A DNA stretch of 64,000 nt from Candidatus Poseidoniaceae archaeon. GTDB lineage: Archaea; Thermoplasmatota; Poseidoniia; Poseidoniales; Poseidoniaceae. Where the stretch lies: assembly GCA_028353405.1 (NCBI GenBank), contig JAOMOG010000004.1, positions 8,722-72,721 of the forward strand, in the 5' to 3' direction. Of the stretch, positions 18,266-28,341 are shown piece by piece; position 1 is the stretch's first letter, and every line of letters begins with the position of its first letter. The notes beneath the pieces were generated by a model. It did not search any database and was not told the origin of the DNA. It was given only the letters and a program-made list of their open reading frames with translations. The translations under genes and the position numbers were made by a program.

Positions 18266-18640
18266 TTATTCTTCAAATCCAATATGTTGGCGGACTATTT
18301 CTAAAATAGCGGAAACATCACTATCATCTACTGTGATACGACGGCTTGCAAGAACAGCCTTGACATCCCCAGGGTATAGCGGCATTAATTCCGCTAATTT
18401 TGCAGCGAGTGCTGGATGCGGGGATAGAAGTTCAGTTTCAGCTAAAGCAACACGTAGAGATTCAAAGACCTCTGGAGTAGTTAGGTAGCCATTACGGTTA
18501 GTACTAGCAGCCCATTCTGCATGTTGTAGAGCAGCCTTTTGCTCGTATGTTAGTGCATTACGGCGCTCTTGAGCGCTCAACAGCATATCTCGGACAGTTG
18601 CAAAGTCAACAAAATTTTCTTCTTCAGTCATTGTAATCAC
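18266..18640 (-). CDS. rpoF: DNA-directed RNA polymerase subunit F (Rpo4)
   Basis: 124 aa, immediately downstream of L21e as in the conserved archaeal operon. It is helical and acidic, with a LYPGDVKAVL... type C-terminal region. Confidence 0.65.
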   Translation of the reverse strand: MITMTEEENFVDFATVRDMLLSAQERRNALTYEQKAALQHAEWAASTNRNGYLTTPEVFESLRVALAETELLSPHPALAAKLAELMPLYPGDVKAVLASRRITVDDSDVSAILEIVRQHIGFEE

Positions 18641-18927
18641 TCAAGTGGGCGTAGGTGTTCAGGTCGTGCAATCACAGTCTTCTGCATGTTGCCGTCTTTA
18701 ACAGCAACAATCCATGCAACTCCTTGACGGCGTTCAATAAATCCAGTGCGGCCGTGGAAACGGCGGTGAGGCATACCCATTTGTTGGCCACCGTCTAGAA
18801 CGATAGCAACACGGTCACCTTCTTCGTATTGGTGCATTACGCGGCTAATATTTAGCTGGCTTCTCTCGCTCTTTCTACGGCGTAGCATACTGCGTGTTCC
18901 TTGACGTGAACCCTTTGATCGCTTCAT
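18637..18927 (-). CDS. rpl21e: 50S ribosomal protein L21e
   Basis: MKRSKGSRQGTRSMLRRRKSERSQLNISRVMHQYEEGDRVAIVLDG...HRRFHGRTG. I chose the ATG at 18927; the track start is 18942. Confidence 0.85.
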   Translation of the reverse strand: MKRSKGSRQGTRSMLRRRKSERSQLNISRVMHQYEEGDRVAIVLDGGQQMGMPHRRFHGRTGFIERRQGVAWIVAVKDGNMQKTVIARPEHLRPLE

Positions 18928-19058
18928 GATGGTGACCTCCAATTAATCCGAACTAGCAATAACGCATCTTCGGAACACTTCGGCGACCTGCCATCGCCAT
19001 ATAAAAACCGCGACGCGCTAATAAGTCTCTCAAAGGGTGATTGCTTAGCAATTAAGCC

Positions 19059-20807
19059 TTAATCTGCATGAATATCAGCAACATCTAACCAAATGACATC
19101 ACACTTGGCTTTGATGAGGGAAGAAATACTCGGCTGAGTTCTCCCACTATCACCATGGATAGTTTCTTTAACATAAGTACCAGATTCACATCGAAGGGTG
19201 AATTCAATTTCTCTTTCCCCTTTTTCATTAGTTTCAATCACCAAACTATTGGTTTCGTAAACCACTCTTCTACGAATTAAATCAGCCCGTCTATGAGCAA
19301 CGCGTTCTGGAGTCCTTTGTGCCAATTTTACACCCGCTAAATTATCAACAATATTGCGAATAAATTCATCGGTTGGAAGTTCAAAGTATTCCGGTGCAGG
19401 TGGTCCCGCTTGCATAATCCGTTCGACTAAGTCTGCTTTAGTACCTGTTTTTGAGATGCTTAATGAAGTTGCTAATTCAACTAGTTCACCTTTCTTCATA
19501 GTTAGTAATTCATCTTCACTTGGTGCAGTCTTTTCAATTTCAATAACCGATGGTAATGGTTTGGTGTGGTCATCATCTTTGTCGCCACGACGGTTCTTTC
19601 TGCGTTTGTTTTTCTTACCCTTTCCTCTCTCTTGAACATCTATATGCGTAAGGTCAACAGGAGCGGTTAAAACTGCAAATTCATCTTCACTCAACGGTAC
19701 TAACTTGAAGCGAATTGAATATGATTTCTCAGCAGGAGTTTCCTTGATTCGCACAACTTCGCTGCGATTGCTCTCTCGCATGCTAGTAATTATTACAGAA
19801 CCTTGAGCAGCTTCATTGAGATCAGCCATTGCCTGAACTAAATCGATGGTACGAGTTCTTGGCGCCTTAAATTCAATGACAAACGGACGTCCACTTCCCA
19901 TACAACGCACATCAATATCTTCTCTCCCCATACCATGGAATGAATGTTCAATAGCACCAAACCTTTCGATTAAAGGATTGCCAATTAAATCTTGAACACT
20001 CTTCAAATATTGTAATCCAGTTTCATTACAACGCTTGCAACCTCTTCCTTTACAAGCACGGCAAGGCCAGCGAGTTTGAGGAATTCCCCTCTCCAGTTTT
20101 TGGTATCTTCCATAGATGTAAACAGAACGGATATCCAATTCAACGGTCAAGGTTAGTACGTCAATGAGTGCAACAATTTGTGGCTTGTCATTAACAATTT
20201 TTACACCCTCAAGTCGGTTGCTTAGATTCTTAGCAATCTCTGCTACCAAACCTGGTTTCAAAGCGTCGCTACCACCAGCGCCGAAGCGCTTCCGAATCTC
20301 TTCTTCGTTTTCGATTTGGTCTTTTGGAAAGCGAGCACCTAATTGCACTCTTTTCAATTCATATGGTTCGAGAGAATCATAAATTATATCTGCTAATAGT
20401 TCTGATTCTTGGTATAAGTTTTCACAGAATGGACATAATGGATTATCTTCTCTAATTTTCTCTAAGTGTGTGTCGCCTCGTATTATTGAGGTACGAATGT
20501 TCTCTCCTGCTTGTTGGATTGTTTGGTCAAACATTTTCTTTCCACCAATTCTTCCTAGGCAGTGGTCACAGGTTCCAATGCGGACCAAGTGCTTGTGACC
20601 TGCAGGTGATGGTGCGCGTGGGATTTCCTCAACATGAGTGGTAAGTTGAGCATCATCTTCCATGTCTCCATCATCAATAGGCTCAGCAATACTTTCAGTA
20701 GTTGCTTCTCCATCATCCCATAGAGAATAATCGGTTTGCCCGAAACCAGCATTGGCGTATTTCATCCAATCTTCTTCATCAGGGTCCTCTTGTTCTTTAT
20801 CAGACAT
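19059..20807 (-). CDS. pus10: tRNA pseudouridine(54/55) synthase Pus10, with an acidic N-terminal extension and an internal basic + SAP-like insertion
   Basis: N-terminal zinc motifs are CDHCLGR...CPFCENL. The catalytic block is HGMGREDIDVRCMGSGRPFVIEF. The C-terminal motifs are LAQRTPERVAHRRADLIRRR and GTYVKETIHGDSGRTQPS. The ATG at 20807 has GGTGA 5 nt upstream. Confidence 0.8.
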   Translation of the reverse strand: MSDKEQEDPDEEDWMKYANAGFGQTDYSLWDDGEATTESIAEPIDDGDMEDDAQLTTHVEEIPRAPSPAGHKHLVRIGTCDHCLGRIGGKKMFDQTIQQAGENIRTSIIRGDTHLEKIREDNPLCPFCENLYQESELLADIIYDSLEPYELKRVQLGARFPKDQIENEEEIRKRFGAGGSDALKPGLVAEIAKNLSNRLEGVKIVNDKPQIVALIDVLTLTVELDIRSVYIYGRYQKLERGIPQTRWPCRACKGRGCKRCNETGLQYLKSVQDLIGNPLIERFGAIEHSFHGMGREDIDVRCMGSGRPFVIEFKAPRTRTIDLVQAMADLNEAAQGSVIITSMRESNRSEVVRIKETPAEKSYSIRFKLVPLSEDEFAVLTAPVDLTHIDVQERGKGKKNKRRKNRRGDKDDDHTKPLPSVIEIEKTAPSEDELLTMKKGELVELATSLSISKTGTKADLVERIMQAGPPAPEYFELPTDEFIRNIVDNLAGVKLAQRTPERVAHRRADLIRRRVVYETNSLVIETNEKGEREIEFTLRCESGTYVKETIHGDSGRTQPSISSLIKAKCDVIWLDVADIHAD

Positions 20808-20905
20808 TTCAATCACCACTTTCACGGGGCCAACCCCAAAGACAGCAAGTTAAGCCGGACGCCTACCCTTCATCAAATGTGTGGCTCAATAAAACCAACA
20901 GTTGT

Positions 20906-23900
20906 TTATTCTGATTCGCTAAAATTAGCCTGACGGCCAGCGATTAAGCCAAGAGCAGCAGTAGTTAGAACTAGGCTTGCGATTAATGAGAGGGCGATCA
21001 TCGCGGCAGAATATATTCCAAAGTTACTAAACAAGCCCATTGGTGATAGTGAGATTACGAGGAATCCAGCAATATCTGAAGCTGCACTCCCTACCAATGC
21101 CAATCCACAAGCACCACCTACTCCAATTAATGCAGTATGGTGGTCTTCTCCCTTTCTTATTCCTTCGCGATACCTTTCAGTGACGTGAATACAATAATCA
21201 ATACCAACTCCTAAAGAAATCGTTGCAATAGTTACAGTTACGATATTGAGTGATGCTCCAGCAGCATACATTAGCCCATATAACCACACCACCACAAGAA
21301 GAATTGGAACCAATGTTACAGTTGCTTGCTTAGGTGATTTAAAACCAATTGTTAAGGTAATAAATACGAATAATGAGCCGAGTAGGAGTGAAGATTGCAT
21401 TTCATTTTGCATTGCAGTTGAAGCAACGTATCTTGTGACAGGTCTTTCCGATGGCATTACCCAAGTCAGTGGTTTATCATCGACCTTTTCACCAGCATTG
21501 AGATAAGTTCCCGAAGAAAGATTAGTAAACACACTCAAATCTCTCCACAACTCCTCCATTCCACCTTTCATACTAGGGAAATCTTCTGGAGATGTAATGC
21601 CAAAGCGCATTAGCATTCTTTGGTATTCTGCAGGTTCCCCATTGATGTCAAGCCAAGGATGAGTTTGATTTAATTCAACAGCAGGAGCGATATATAGGCT
21701 TACAATTGATGCAGGGATTGAAGGAATAGGTCCAGCCCCTGGAATACCGTATAGGTAAGTATAGCCATAGAAAAATATCAAACAATCTCTATCACCAAAG
21801 TCTGCAACAGTACCACTTGCACTTGAATTACAATTCATTCCATGACCTTCTTCTTCAACCAGCCATCCCACATTTTCAAATGGAGTTGTATTATATCGCA
21901 TACTCGCTTGTGCATAGTATAGTAATTCATCTAGTGCAAGAATGTCAATATTACCATCTGGTTGTCTTGTTATTTTGTCTGGAACGCCTTCTGCATGAAC
22001 ATTCATTTCACCTCTAAATTCATCTATTGCAGCAAAAACAGCAGGGTCTGCAACATCGCCTTCGATCAACAATACGGCAGGTTCGCCTTCATCCGCGAAT
22101 CTTAAGGTAATTTCATTGACTCCAAGAGCAAAATCGGAACTCTCATCAAGGAAATCTTCAACCGCAAAATCGCCTTCTAAATTAGCCATTCCAATAGCGG
22201 CAGGAATCGTTATCAACAGTGCCAAAAATGCAATAACAAATGCATTTTTTCTAGTTCCACTACCCGCTGAAACTATTTTTAAAAGTTTTTCAGTAGACCG
22301 ATTCTTTCGAGAATTAGCAGTACTTGTGTCCATTCCACGCTTCTCCAACCATTGATCTAAGGAAAGTCGAATCAATGGCGCCCATATTCCAGTCAAAAGG
22401 AATGCAGCAAATATTCCTAATGCAGCTTCAATTCCAAATGATCGTAATGCAGCAATATCGCTGAAAAGATTAGCCGCAAAAGCAGACATTGTCGTCAGTG
22501 AAGTTAGTAAGATTGCGCGACCAACTCTTGACAAAGTAGTCGCCGCGGCAGATTCAGCAGAATTACCAGCATTCCTCTCCTCTTTGTAACGATGTAAGGC
22601 GTGTAATGAATCATCAATACCTAAGGCAAGAACCAATATCGGCAATAGATTAGAGAATTGAGAACGAGCGATTATTGTCCAACCAAACATCTGCGTAAAT
22701 GCAGCAAAGTGTCCAATTAAACCTTGCATCCACAATAGCGCAGCACCTAAGGAAAACAAGACGATTAGCACATCAGACCATCTTCGCAAACTTATGAATA
22801 GCAATCCTGTAATCGCCAACCCCATCAAGAGAATCAATCCCCCACTCGCTTGCAATTCTCGGTTAACCTCGACATTTACTCCTTGGCCTAATAATAGTGT
22901 AATAGTAGTTCTATCATGACTTCTTAATTGCCCTTCTAAATCCATATAAGACCATTCAGTTGAACAGCCAGCACCGTCTTCAGCCAGTGTTTTACAAATG
23001 TCAGTATTGTATTGCGGAGGGTTAAGAACGAGAGTTCCATCTGCAATCCTATAGCCACCGATTAAAATTCCATCATCGGTGAATTTGATATCAGTTTCTT
23101 GATGTGAATCTTTCCATTTCAATTCCCAACCCATATCTTCTAGAAGGCCTCTATCAAATTGAACCAATAACCATGTGGCGCTTGCAGACCATCTTCCCTT
23201 GCCCATTTGATGCGATTCCCATTCACCGGTTTCGGATAATTGACCGCCGATAGGACCGGTGACATTGGATGTTGCATCAGCAACAAATCCCCTATCTAAT
23301 GACAACCATCTCAAAAAGTAATTTTGACTTACTTCTGCCATTCTTGCTGCAGCTAAATCTATGTGCTCCTGAGTTAGGTTTAGGTCATCAAATAAGAGAC
23401 ACTCTAGCTCACCACAATCACTCCAATTAGTGGCTGCGGGAATCACAGTTCCAAAAGGTGAAAGCGCATCTTGAGTAAGAATCGAAGTGCCATCCATAAA
23501 ACTTCTAAAATGGTCTGGTAATGACATACTGCCATTGGTTTGCTGTCCGGTTACGTCACTGATTAATGGCTTTAGTGCAGGTGCTAGAGGATGATTCACA
23601 ATCACTTGCTTTTTTGCATCAATTTCCCTCAACAGTTCCAGATTTAGAATACCAGCAGTTGGTTGATCTATACCTTGCCATTCTTCACCAGCAGGAACCA
23701 TTTGAGGTACTGGTGGCAGAGCCGAATAATCAGGTGTCCCATCTGATAGCAAAGGAACTGGTTGCCATTCGTTTATTGGTGGAATATACTGAGGCTGTCT
23801 TGCAGAAACTAAGAAGCCAAGAATTACTTCAGCATTGCTGAATTCTTCATTGATAATCTCCTGCGCAGTTAATTCAGGTGAATCCATTTCATACGATTCC

Positions 23901-24028
23901 ATGTCTATTGGTTGCAGTGCAGTCATTGCTCCTGGAATCATCAATAGCGTCAGCAGAAATACCGAGACGTGGACCTTACGACGATGTGGGATCAGCCATT
24001 GAGAAACCGCTTCAAAGTTGATGCCCAT
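20906..24028 (-). CDS. RND-superfamily exporter (MMPL/sterol-sensing-domain type; two 6-TM bundles with large extracytoplasmic loops)
   Basis: 1040 aa. Paired motifs LALGIDDSLHALHRY and LGVGIDYCIHVTERY occur within two hydrophobic bundles. Confidence 0.8.
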   Translation of the reverse strand: MGINFEAVSQWLIPHRRKVHVSVFLLTLLMIPGAMTALQPIDMESYEMDSPELTAQEIINEEFSNAEVILGFLVSARQPQYIPPINEWQPVPLLSDGTPDYSALPPVPQMVPAGEEWQGIDQPTAGILNLELLREIDAKKQVIVNHPLAPALKPLISDVTGQQTNGSMSLPDHFRSFMDGTSILTQDALSPFGTVIPAATNWSDCGELECLLFDDLNLTQEHIDLAAARMAEVSQNYFLRWLSLDRGFVADATSNVTGPIGGQLSETGEWESHQMGKGRWSASATWLLVQFDRGLLEDMGWELKWKDSHQETDIKFTDDGILIGGYRIADGTLVLNPPQYNTDICKTLAEDGAGCSTEWSYMDLEGQLRSHDRTTITLLLGQGVNVEVNRELQASGGLILLMGLAITGLLFISLRRWSDVLIVLFSLGAALLWMQGLIGHFAAFTQMFGWTIIARSQFSNLLPILVLALGIDDSLHALHRYKEERNAGNSAESAAATTLSRVGRAILLTSLTTMSAFAANLFSDIAALRSFGIEAALGIFAAFLLTGIWAPLIRLSLDQWLEKRGMDTSTANSRKNRSTEKLLKIVSAGSGTRKNAFVIAFLALLITIPAAIGMANLEGDFAVEDFLDESSDFALGVNEITLRFADEGEPAVLLIEGDVADPAVFAAIDEFRGEMNVHAEGVPDKITRQPDGNIDILALDELLYYAQASMRYNTTPFENVGWLVEEEGHGMNCNSSASGTVADFGDRDCLIFFYGYTYLYGIPGAGPIPSIPASIVSLYIAPAVELNQTHPWLDINGEPAEYQRMLMRFGITSPEDFPSMKGGMEELWRDLSVFTNLSSGTYLNAGEKVDDKPLTWVMPSERPVTRYVASTAMQNEMQSSLLLGSLFVFITLTIGFKSPKQATVTLVPILLVVVWLYGLMYAAGASLNIVTVTIATISLGVGIDYCIHVTERYREGIRKGEDHHTALIGVGGACGLALVGSAASDIAGFLVISLSPMGLFSNFGIYSAAMIALSLIASLVLTTAALGLIAGRQANFSESE

Positions 24029-24121
24029 GCCCTATGGGCAACCTCCTTTAGTTTTGAAACCATGTTTTTACATAATTGATTATACCAGTCAATTAAAGTC
24101 ATATGTTGTATAGCCAATAAC

Positions 24122-24475
24122 ATGGCAATAATGATAATTCTCAATCACCAACCATATGACGGAACCGATGTTACTTGGAATGCGCTGAGATTAGCGAAAC
24201 AATTAGTTGATGATGGTGAAGAGGTTAGGATCTTTTTGATGAATGATAGTGTAGATTTAGCACGCGATGGAATAGAGCCTCCAGCAGGTGTTGAGGATAT
24301 GGTGCAAATGACAAAGAATTTGATTGCTAGTGGTGTAGTTGTCAAGGTCTGCGGAACTTGTCAGCAAAGATGTGGTATTGCTGTTGGACAGCCATATTAT
24401 GATGGAGCCAATTACTCGACTATGGCTGAATGTTCAGCATGGGTTAGAGATAGCGAAAAGGTTCTAACTTTCTAA
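24122..24475 (+). CDS. DsrE/DsrF-like (YchN family) sulfur-relay-fold protein
   Basis: 117 aa. MAIMIILNHQPYDGTDVTWNALRLAKQL...VRIFLMNDSV...VKVCGTCQQRCG. Confidence 0.65.
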   Translation: MAIMIILNHQPYDGTDVTWNALRLAKQLVDDGEEVRIFLMNDSVDLARDGIEPPAGVEDMVQMTKNLIASGVVVKVCGTCQQRCGIAVGQPYYDGANYSTMAECSAWVRDSEKVLTF

Positions 24476-24550
24476 GCAAGGGATAATTATTACAATGTTT
24501 GACTCATATTCTGGGCCAATGTCAAGTACTAGGGGCATTGGAAACAGTAC

Positions 24551-25624
24551 ATGGAAATTACACTGAATGGCGAAATTATTCGACCTCCACCACTTGCTTT
24601 TTTTGCATTCGGATTTATTGTGTTCTTGCTTGGCTGTATTTGGCCAGTATTTATGGTGGACGATTTCCAAAATGAGTTGGAAGCCTCATCTTGGCCAACG
24701 ACCGATGCTACTGTTGTATCTCTAGATGTTTACATCTATGAATACCAGTGTGGCGACTCTCAAAATCCTGACACATGCCGAGAATATCTCGTAGACTACC
24801 ATCTGCGATACATGATTAATGGAACCATCTTTAATGTTGAGGAATCAGAGGAGGTATCTCATTTTGAATCCCGTGTCTGGGAGGTTGATTACCCAGTAAA
24901 TTCGACTCGTGAAATCGCATACAATCCCGAAAACCCTGAACATTTTGATGTTAATCCCGAACATTACACTCCATTTATTCCACCACTTATGGTGCTCATA
25001 GTATCTTCACTGCTCTCTCTACTATTCATTATCGGTGGCGTAAAAAGCCTCTTCAAGACTTCTAGTGCGCACCAAACATCAAGTGGTCTAGAAAAGGGAA
25101 TGCTTCCACAATCAAATGAGAATATTACATTCACCTATGCCAAAGGTGCCTGGGGGGTTCGTATCTATGATCATCCAACCGTCGAAGCATTAGCCCAAAA
25201 ACTACTATCATTCAGTTGTACATATGAGCAAATTGATACGTTTTTTACGGCATCTCAAGCAACTGAAGAGAATGGTTCCACATACGAGGATAGAATTGAT
25301 TTAGATTGGTTGAACGAAGTCAACCAAATCGTTGAACAGCACAATTCGATCCAAAAATATAATTGGATACAAAAAGCAAAAATCGCTCGAATTATTTTGC
25401 TTCTAATCTCAGCAATATTTGCACCGATTGCTCTTATTTTCGTATTGCCGGTTTGGTTAACATATTACGTATTACCTTGGTATGGATGGATTCCGGTATG
25501 GGGGACTTTAACCCCGCTTGGTCTCGTTTCTGCCAGCAGAAAATTGATTAGTGAATTTGAACAAAGAATCGACCAAGGACTAGCGGCAACACTCATGGAG
25601 TTCCTTTACAATGAGGAATACTAA
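24551..25624 (+). CDS. Hypothetical membrane protein (DUF3592-like N-terminal module plus C-terminal TM pair)
   Basis: 357 aa. An N-terminal TM is followed by SSWPTTDATVVS..., with further TM segments mid-protein and at the C-terminus. Confidence 0.45.
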   Translation: MEITLNGEIIRPPPLAFFAFGFIVFLLGCIWPVFMVDDFQNELEASSWPTTDATVVSLDVYIYEYQCGDSQNPDTCREYLVDYHLRYMINGTIFNVEESEEVSHFESRVWEVDYPVNSTREIAYNPENPEHFDVNPEHYTPFIPPLMVLIVSSLLSLLFIIGGVKSLFKTSSAHQTSSGLEKGMLPQSNENITFTYAKGAWGVRIYDHPTVEALAQKLLSFSCTYEQIDTFFTASQATEENGSTYEDRIDLDWLNEVNQIVEQHNSIQKYNWIQKAKIARIILLLISAIFAPIALIFVLPVWLTYYVLPWYGWIPVWGTLTPLGLVSASRKLISEFEQRIDQGLAATLMEFLYNEEY

Positions 25625-25640
25625 ACAAGTGACATTAGAA

Positions 25641-25724
25641 TGCGGGGGGCAGGATTCGAACCTGCGAATCAATAAGAAATGGGACCTAAACCCACCGCCG
25701 TTGACCAAGCTGGGCGACCCCCGC
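25641..25724 (-). tRNA. tRNA-Leu (anticodon UAG), class II, CCA not encoded
   Basis: Minus strand: GCGGGGG-UC-GCC-CAGCUUGGUCAAC-GGC-G-GUGGG-UUUAGGU-CCCAU-UUCUUAUUGAUUC-GCAGG-UUCGAAU-CCUGC-CCCCCGC-A. It has a 7-bp acceptor stem, a GGUUCGAAUCC T-arm, a 13-nt variable region and G37. Confidence 0.85.
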
Positions 25725-25798
25725 GCAAACTCAATGCGGTAGCCAATCACTTTTGAACAAAGCGCTTCAACATCTATCACTAATTTATCTAGTAAAAT

Positions 25799-26011
25799 TC
25801 AAGCAGAAGCATTGAATCCAGTATCGATGACAATGTTGACAACATCTTCAGTGGATAATTGCGATGTTGTGGTAATGACTCCCGAGTCATTTTCATGGCT
25901 GATAGTTGCACTGATTACTCCAGGCGTTGCATCAAGGACTCGAGTCACTCTTCCAGAGCATCCTCCGCAAGTCATGCCGGTGATTGTTAAATTGTGAATT
26001 ACTTCGCTCAT
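25799..26011 (-). CDS. copZ: Heavy-metal-associated (HMA) copper chaperone
   Basis: 70 aa. LTITGMTCGGCSGRVTRVLDATPGV. Confidence 0.85.
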   Translation of the reverse strand: MSEVIHNLTITGMTCGGCSGRVTRVLDATPGVISATISHENDSGVITTTSQLSTEDVVNIVIDTGFNASA

Positions 26012-26058
26012 GTGTTAGGTCACACACCTTCTACACTTCAACTAAATGGCCAACCAAT

Positions 26059-28341
26059 TCAATTCTGTATAGGCTTCCACCATTTGAGGAGAAGTGAATT
26101 TGAGACCACACTGACCGATGACATAGACATCGCAGCTGCAGCAAAGGCAGGTGGAAGCAACCAACCAGTCCAAGGTAGGAGTAGGCCCATTGCAAGAGGG
26201 ATTCCAATCACGTTATATCCAAATGCCCAAAATAGATTTGTTCTAATTCGTGACATGGTTGCTTTACCTAGTTGTAAGGCGGACACAGCATCGATTAAAT
26301 CATCGCGAATTAATACGATATCAGCACTTTCAAGAGCAATTTGTGAACCAGCACCCATGGCAAGTCCAACATCTGCAACAGTAAGTGCAGCAGCATCATT
26401 GATGCCATCACCTATCATTGCAACGGTCTTGCCTTGGCTTTGCAACCGCTTGATATGATCTGCTTTTTCAGCAGGCTTTACACCAGCAATAACTTGGTCT
26501 ATGGCAACAGTATTTGCAATACTTTGTGCAGCTTCAAGTCTATCACCTGTTAGCATAATTACTTCCATTCCCATTTGTTTTGCTTTCTTTACAGCCATAG
26601 CCGAGGTGGAACGAACTCTATCTCTTGCTTCTATCCAGCCCAGTAGCCGAGTTCCAACACTGACCAGTACAATGGTCACACCCTTTGCTGCGGCTGAGGC
26701 CAACTTTTTGCTTAATTGATCATCGATTTCAATTCCAACATCTTGCATCATTGAAACATTACCAATCGCGACTAATTCACCTTGCATATCTCCTAATAAG
26801 CCACAACCAGCAACGGTTTGAATGTCAGAAATAGTAGGTTTATCAGAAGTGACATTAGACCAGGATGTTTGAATCGCTTGTGATAATGGATGTGTAGATT
26901 CACTTTCTAAAGCGGCAGCGATAGAAAGAATTTCTTTGACATCCGTATCTAATAATTCAATATGAGATACACGAGGTTTTCCAGAAGTTATCGTTCCGGT
27001 TTTATCAACCACCATAGTATCAATTTTATGCGACTTTTCTAAGGCTTCAATTCCCTTGATTAACAAACCATACCTTGCACCTACGCCAGTACCGATTACC
27101 AACGCGGTTGGTGTTGCTAACCCTAGGGCGCAAGGACAGGCAATAACTAGAGTGGAAACTAGTACCATCACTGCTAATTCAGCCGAAGTCATAGAAAATT
27201 GAGCAGCGGTGGAATCTCCAAATTGCCACCAATATAGAGAGGCTACAATGGCTAATACTGTTACTACGGGTACGAATACAGCTGCAATCCGATCAACTAA
27301 TCTCTGAATTGGTGCCTTACCCATTTGAGCATCTTCCACTAATTGGATGACATTAGCCAACATGGTATCAGTCGACAAAGCAGTAACGCGCAGAATGATA
27401 GTACCATCTAAGACAATAGTTCCGGCATTAGCGATATCACCAGACCCTTTTCTCACTGGATATGGCTCACCGCTCATCATTGATTCATCTATACTGGCTT
27501 TGCATTCAATCAATTCCCCATCCAATGGAATTGTTTCTCCAGCCAAGATTTTGATTAGAGTTCCTTTAGAGATTTGATCTACATCTACCACTTCTGTATG
27601 ACCTAATTTTTCATCACTAATCACCCGCGCTTGCTTTGGTTGCAAGCGCATTAAAGAATGAATGGCATCGGTCGCTCTAAGTTTTGCTCGAGCTTCAATA
27701 TAATTTCCAAGTAAAACAAATGTGATAATAAATGCTGCACCATCAAAGAATACGTGTTCGGCTTGTAGTAGAAGATTTGGGGCACTATTTATCATCGGAG
27801 CAATAGTAACTGCACCTGACCAAATTACTGCTACAGTAGTTCCTAAATGAACTAAGACATCCATGTTAGCACTGCCTTTCCGCAATGCTTTCCAAGCTCC
27901 TGAATGAAACTCCCATCCTGACCACAAATAGACGGGCAAGATGCTTATCATCGCTAGCAATAAGCGTTTATCTATCTCACCGATTTCACCGAGGTCAGGG
28001 GATAACATCGTCAAGATAAAAATCGGAATTGTTAGTGCGAAAGCAACTACAACTTTCTTTCCTTGAAGTCTTGCATCTTCTATAGCGTCATCACGAACTT
28101 GTAATGCAGGAACCAGGGCACTCGCAGTAAAACCACCACGCTCAATAGCAGCAATAGTGGCAGATTTCAAATCATCAAGTTGGCTAGAATCTTTAGCGAC
28201 AATAGTTGCCTTTTCTAATGGTAAATTGACAGAAACCTGAACAACACCTTCGACTTTAGAGACCACATTTTCAACCGAAGCAACACACGCACCACAAGTC
28301 ATCCCACCCACTCTTAGGGTGATGGAATTAGCAGCAGTCAT
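26059..28341 (-). CDS. copA: Copper-translocating P1B-type ATPase
   Basis: N-terminal HMA domain (GGMTCGACVASV), SGEPYPV, CPC in a TM helix, DKTGTIT, GDGINDAAAL. I chose the ATG at 28341 (MTAANS...) with GGAG upstream; the track ORF extends to 28380. Confidence 0.9.
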   Translation of the reverse strand: MTAANSITLRVGGMTCGACVASVENVVSKVEGVVQVSVNLPLEKATIVAKDSSQLDDLKSATIAAIERGGFTASALVPALQVRDDAIEDARLQGKKVVVAFALTIPIFILTMLSPDLGEIGEIDKRLLLAMISILPVYLWSGWEFHSGAWKALRKGSANMDVLVHLGTTVAVIWSGAVTIAPMINSAPNLLLQAEHVFFDGAAFIITFVLLGNYIEARAKLRATDAIHSLMRLQPKQARVISDEKLGHTEVVDVDQISKGTLIKILAGETIPLDGELIECKASIDESMMSGEPYPVRKGSGDIANAGTIVLDGTIILRVTALSTDTMLANVIQLVEDAQMGKAPIQRLVDRIAAVFVPVVTVLAIVASLYWWQFGDSTAAQFSMTSAELAVMVLVSTLVIACPCALGLATPTALVIGTGVGARYGLLIKGIEALEKSHKIDTMVVDKTGTITSGKPRVSHIELLDTDVKEILSIAAALESESTHPLSQAIQTSWSNVTSDKPTISDIQTVAGCGLLGDMQGELVAIGNVSMMQDVGIEIDDQLSKKLASAAAKGVTIVLVSVGTRLLGWIEARDRVRSTSAMAVKKAKQMGMEVIMLTGDRLEAAQSIANTVAIDQVIAGVKPAEKADHIKRLQSQGKTVAMIGDGINDAAALTVADVGLAMGAGSQIALESADIVLIRDDLIDAVSALQLGKATMSRIRTNLFWAFGYNVIGIPLAMGLLLPWTGWLLPPAFAAAAMSMSSVSVVSNSLLLKWWKPIQN

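Noticed and set aside
25994-26458. 154-aa plus-strand ORF
   Set aside because: It lies antisense inside copA, whose P-type ATPase motifs are unambiguous on the minus strand.
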